A stretch of 64,000 nucleotides of DNA from a virus: the IMG/VR virus record IMGVR_UViG_3300022204_000005. One strand, given 5' to 3'. This document shows, piece after piece, positions 60,747 to 64,000 of this stretch (the stretch's first letter is position 1; each line of letters starts with the position of its first letter). A model generated the notes under the pieces. It was not told the DNA's origin. It made no database searches and saw nothing but the letters and a program-made list of their open reading frames with translations. The translations under genes and the position numbers were made by a program.

Positions 60747-61493
60747 ATGACACCCAAAGAAAGATTACTCGCTCTAAAAAAATTGCTTTCAAGAGAGCCT
60801 TCTGAATTGCTCAGAAGGAAGGTTGACTATCTACTCAATAATTGGCCTGATGACCCTAGTAAAAAGCTTGCACATAAAACTGCCGATAAAACTTTAGATA
60901 CTTGGCCACCCTTTAGATGGACTCGGTTCCAAGGGGTTCAAGGGGAAACAGCACTCCTCTCTCCTGTTTACTTTGAAGGTCTGGTATCGGGGAAAGGGTT
61001 TTTAACCGGACTCCCTCAGATTGTAAAATGTAAACGAATCTTCATCCCTGAATTAGTTTCTGATTGGAATCTGGGGTATGTACCATACCCAGGGGATGAA
61101 GTCTTTAAATGGGCTAAGGGTAAACCTAAAATTGCTTACGCCACCATTGTGGTGAATTGGCCTGTAAATACCAAAGGAGAGTTGGATGACTCTAATATCC
61201 TGAACTTTAAAGTTCAACCTTTGGTTTTAAATGTAAAACAGTTTCTTGCCTTTAAGGAGATCTACACCCTTTTTGGGTTTGAGGACTCCTCTATTGAGGT
61301 CGAGTGTCTTGATACTACATATCAAGATTTGACCTTTGGAAGAATCCCAGAGTCTATACTTAAACATCCCGCTATTCAAACTCCTGAAGTGTTGGATAGA
61401 CTTGAGGAAGAGATCCGTTTCGTTTTAAAAGATTTAAAGACACTCTTGGCATACCCTTATGGGTTAAAACAACTTAAGGAGATTTTACCATGA
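60747..61493 (+). CDS. hypothetical protein, possibly degenerate gp32-type ssDNA-binding fold
   Basis: YATIVV...F.VQP...C.D..YQ.LTF pattern; fold call is weak (~0.3). Confidence 0.65.
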   Translation: MTPKERLLALKKLLSREPSELLRRKVDYLLNNWPDDPSKKLAHKTADKTLDTWPPFRWTRFQGVQGETALLSPVYFEGLVSGKGFLTGLPQIVKCKRIFIPELVSDWNLGYVPYPGDEVFKWAKGKPKIAYATIVVNWPVNTKGELDDSNILNFKVQPLVLNVKQFLAFKEIYTLFGFEDSSIEVECLDTTYQDLTFGRIPESILKHPAIQTPEVLDRLEEEIRFVLKDLKTLLAYPYGLKQLKEILP

Positions 61494-61840
61494 CCGCTTT
61501 GAAGATGGACTCCCGCTCTATTCAGAATGCTATCTGGGTTCGCCTGGACGATACCAAAACAGCATTAGAATATGAGGGGAAGAGAAAGATTGCCTATATC
61601 GTCAACTCTGAACATGGGTTGATTGAATGGACGGTTATCATCCCTTCCCGATATGTTGTAGATAAAGGTAATAGAATTCGAGGTCGAGCTGAAACTTTAG
61701 CCTCGGCCTTTCTTGTTGTAGACTCTATACTCCTCTCTGTTGGATTCCCCCCTAAAACCATACCTAAACCCACCACACAAACACCCGCAGACGACCCTAA
61801 CATCGATACACGTTTCGCTCATCTTGAATTGGATACCTGA
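61490..61840 (+). CDS. hypothetical protein
   Basis: ATGA overlap; AAGGAG SD. Confidence 0.65.
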   Translation: MTALKMDSRSIQNAIWVRLDDTKTALEYEGKRKIAYIVNSEHGLIEWTVIIPSRYVVDKGNRIRGRAETLASAFLVVDSILLSVGFPPKTIPKPTTQTPADDPNIDTRFAHLELDT

Positions 61841-61843
61841 ACT

Positions 61844-62305
61844 ATGGCTATCAATCTTGCTACCAGCTCCTGTTGTAATCATACTGTTCGTCTATCGGAT
61901 ATCCAGGGGAAACCTCTGGAGATTCGACAGCATGGACAAGAAGCGCCTCACTTTGGAACCCGATGGGATTGCCCTTCCTGTGGAGTTGCTTACTTTGTAA
62001 TCATCTCTAGAGAGCATACCTTTTGGTCAAACCCAGAAGATGCACTCAAAGAGTATATCCAGCTCCCTCAAGGCTCTTATATACCAAATAAGAACAAAGG
62101 AAGGTATATCCTTCAGGCATCCGATGACCCGGATGGGAAACCCAGGTATTATAACTCTGGAGTATTTACTCTAGACCTGTCTTACTACGAGTCCTTTAGG
62201 GATGAGCCGGGAAGTCCTGAATTTACACGAGCCGTCCTTAGCGGTAAAACCAAACCCAGCAAACTCCTTGAAGGAGATGCTGAAGATAAACAACTCATTT
62301 ATTAA
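61844..62305 (+). CDS. hypothetical protein (CC...CPSC)
   Basis: ORF track. Confidence 0.65.
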   Translation: MAINLATSSCCNHTVRLSDIQGKPLEIRQHGQEAPHFGTRWDCPSCGVAYFVIISREHTFWSNPEDALKEYIQLPQGSYIPNKNKGRYILQASDDPDGKPRYYNSGVFTLDLSYYESFRDEPGSPEFTRAVLSGKTKPSKLLEGDAEDKQLIY

Positions 62306-62385
62306 GGAGATCCCCGCATGAAACTTATGAAAAGAAATTCGCTTCCCTTCCTGATCATCAAACTACTCAAAGTCCTCTATGAACT

Positions 62386-62637
62386 TTGGAAACGTTGGAG
62401 AAAGAAATGACCTCCTTTGAAAGCCATATCTTTACTTTTGAAACCTGTACACCCATAGGAACCCGAAAGGTAGTTTACAACAACTGCACACTCACTACTG
62501 ACTTCGGGGAATTTAAAGAAGGGGAAAAGGTTGACCTCATTGTAATCAGCCTGAGGAAAAGTCAAATGGAGGTTGTACGCACTCCTGGCGGTCCACGGAT
62601 ACTTTTCCACCTCCGACCTCTCATCTTCGACGCCTGA
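62386..62637 (+). CDS. hypothetical protein
   Basis: ORF track; start uncertain. Confidence 0.55.
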   Translation: METLEKEMTSFESHIFTFETCTPIGTRKVVYNNCTLTTDFGEFKEGEKVDLIVISLRKSQMEVVRTPGGPRILFHLRPLIFDA

Positions 62638-62641
62638 GCCC

Positions 62642-62670
62642 TAGACAAGCCCCTCAGCTTGTTCTATACT
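62642..62670 (+). promoter_or_regulatory. sigma70-type promoter
   Basis: TAGACA-17-TATACT; downstream inverted copy of spacer. Confidence 0.6.
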
Positions 62671-62673
62671 CTT

Positions 62674-62744
62674 AGACCTCCTGACCCCTGGACACAGCCA
62701 CACGACGGCTGCTGAGGGCTTGTCAGGGGGTCTTTTGTATTTTT
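62674..62744 (+). terminator. attenuator-like long hairpin with U-tract in leader of zinc-knuckle gene
   Basis: AGACCTCCTGAC/GTCAGGGGGTCT closing stem, inner CAGCC/GGCTG, then TTTTGTATTTTT. Confidence 0.5.
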
Positions 62745-62776
62745 TACACACACTACAAAACAACAAGGACAATATC

Positions 62777-63688
62777 ATGGCACGTCAATGCGGTAACTGC
62801 GGTCAAACCGGACATAACTCTCGTACTTGTACCTATGACCCCCAAACGGGTACCCATGAAGAAAGAGCAACACAACCCTCCTCTAAAGGGAAAAGGCAAT
62901 GTGGTAACTGTGGAGAGTATGGGCACAATGCCCGCACCTGTACTGGACCCTCAGCTACAAAACACTCTGAAGTAAGAGAGGCTAAACCTACCTCTAAAGG
63001 AACTAGGCGCTGTGGTAAGTGTGGTAAAGTAGGCCACAATGCCCGCACCTGTACAGGGCTTAACACACAGTCCCCCACCACAAACGCACCACAAACAAGG
63101 GAGCCTGAGACCCTTGCGGAGACCTTGGCTACACTGAGCCCTGGTGAGCGACGTAAGGCCAAGATCGCTATCCTGAAGGGGATGAGTAAGGGCGAGCGAC
63201 GTAAAGCCAAGCTGGAGCTTATGAGGGCTAAGAAAGAGGGGTTGTTTGATGAGAAACCTGCACCGGTCAAGCACCGACCCCCTACGGAACCGGACGCTTT
63301 CAATCTAGAAGATGGTGAAGCTACTTTCGCTAGTGCCCTAGCCCCGACACCTAGAACTTGGCCTAAATCTGCCAAAGGGGTATGCCCTGTCTGTTTGGAA
63401 AAAGGACATACAGCAAAAACCTGTCCTAAAACCGAAGTGCCTAAACTTTCCAAACAGGAACTTGAACTTATCGGACATGAAGAGTCTTTGAAGAGGTTTG
63501 GCTCTTATCCTAAAGTGGATAATAGACGGTTCTTTATTTATCACCCCCATAAGAACTTCTGTTACCGTATGTGGCAAACAGCTACCTCCGATGAGCTGAC
63601 CTCTCGTCTGTCAAAAGAAGAGATTGACCGTCTTCAAATCCGTAAACCTGTTTTTAGAGAGGGTGTCCGTATCGTTCGATTAGGATAA
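62777..63688 (+). CDS. multi-CCHC zinc-knuckle nucleic-acid-binding protein
   Basis: CGNCGQTGHNSRTC, CGNCGEYGHNARTC, CGKCGKVGHNARTC, CPVCLEKGHTAKTC. Confidence 0.8.
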   Translation: MARQCGNCGQTGHNSRTCTYDPQTGTHEERATQPSSKGKRQCGNCGEYGHNARTCTGPSATKHSEVREAKPTSKGTRRCGKCGKVGHNARTCTGLNTQSPTTNAPQTREPETLAETLATLSPGERRKAKIAILKGMSKGERRKAKLELMRAKKEGLFDEKPAPVKHRPPTEPDAFNLEDGEATFASALAPTPRTWPKSAKGVCPVCLEKGHTAKTCPKTEVPKLSKQELELIGHEESLKRFGSYPKVDNRRFFIYHPHKNFCYRMWQTATSDELTSRLSKEEIDRLQIRKPVFREGVRIVRLG

Positions 63689-63694
63689 ACCACT

Positions 63695-63982
63695 ATGAAT
63701 ACCCTTACCGTAACCAGAGATCTTGTATATCAAAAACGATTTACAGAATCCTTTAGGTTAATCCTTTTTTGTAAATCCATTGGATTACCTTATATTAAAG
63801 GTCACTCGGGGAATCTGAACCCCATCCGTAAATTGATTTGGTTGGATTACGGTTACGGTTACGGTTACGGTAGGGGTGACGGTGACGGTTACGGTTACAG
63901 TTGGGGTTCCGGTTCCGGTTACGGTTCCGGTGACGGTTACGGTTGGGGTTATGGTAGGGATTGCCCTTGGAAACGGATATGA
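63695..63982 (+). CDS. Gly-rich family C protein, copy 6
   Basis: MNTLTVTRDLVYQKRFTESF; GYGYG/GDG repeats; CPWKRI. Confidence 0.75.
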   Translation: MNTLTVTRDLVYQKRFTESFRLILFCKSIGLPYIKGHSGNLNPIRKLIWLDYGYGYGYGRGDGDGYGYSWGSGSGYGSGDGYGWGYGRDCPWKRI

Positions 63983-64000
63983 ACCCCTTAACTGAAATCA
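63979..64000 (+). CDS. Gly-rich family C protein, copy 7 (partial, runs off window)
   Basis: ATGA overlap; MNPLTEI... Confidence 0.55.

Noticed and set aside
41-63577. All minus-strand ORFs in the track (e.g. 4545..5792, 3688..4548, 51700..52722, 53908..54531)
   Set aside because: Each shadows a better + strand gene with SD and operon context. The long ones lie in GC3-biased genes where antisense frames stay open; none shows a recognisable motif.
1-64000. Genome-wide stop-codon reassignment (TAG)
   Set aside because: Many genes end cleanly in TAG followed by SD or overlapping starts, coding density is high under code 11, and no CTA-anticodon tRNA is seen; only one convincing in-frame TAG (8816).
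57619-64000. CRISPR array or diversity-generating retroelement behind the repeats
   Set aside because: The repeats are coding paralog ends, not constant repeat/unique spacer units. No cas or reverse transcriptase gene is present, and I saw no adenine-specific template/variable repeat pair.

Overview
A 64-kb segment of a large, probably jumbo, dsDNA bacteriophage genome. Host and family cannot be assigned from this window. All credible genes (~120 mostly short ORFs, often ATGA-overlapped) lie on the + strand, and no capsid, tail, terminase or polymerase genes are visible, so this looks like an early/accessory region plus a tRNA/ncRNA island (~33-47 kb). Recognisable proteins: AAA_33 kinase, HAD (Swiss-army-knife type) phosphatase, three DUF4325 STAS-like proteins, pentapeptide-repeat protein, orphan HicB-like protein, NADAR, SWIM finger, HTH, soluble FtsH-like AAA+/M41 protease, intron-encoded HNH endonuclease, SprT-like protease, DUF932, DUF1232, tandem DUF6948-like protein, SSB, a four-CCHC zinc-knuckle protein, and a 7-member Gly-rich paralog family. 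RNA genes: nine tRNAs (Leu-TAA, Trp, CAT, Leu-TAG, Thr, Ile, Arg, Lys, Val). tRNA-Lys(UUU) is split by a 618-nt group I intron carrying an HNH ORF. The most unusual signal is an RNA layer around these tRNAs: at least seven tRNA-shaped elements with an intact acceptor-like stem and T-arm but a deleted, shrunken or elongated anticodon arm, a duplicated 44-nt pseudoknot with compensatory changes, and a ~480-nt ornate ncRNA candidate. Other recurrent non-coding signals are a CACAAACACAC leader motif (12 exact copies), three RNase III-like hairpins, two pairs of phage-type promoter modules with T7-like geometry, and sigma70 promoters whose hexamers coincide with upstream stop codons. All domain calls are by eye from motifs; no database searches or folding programs were run.
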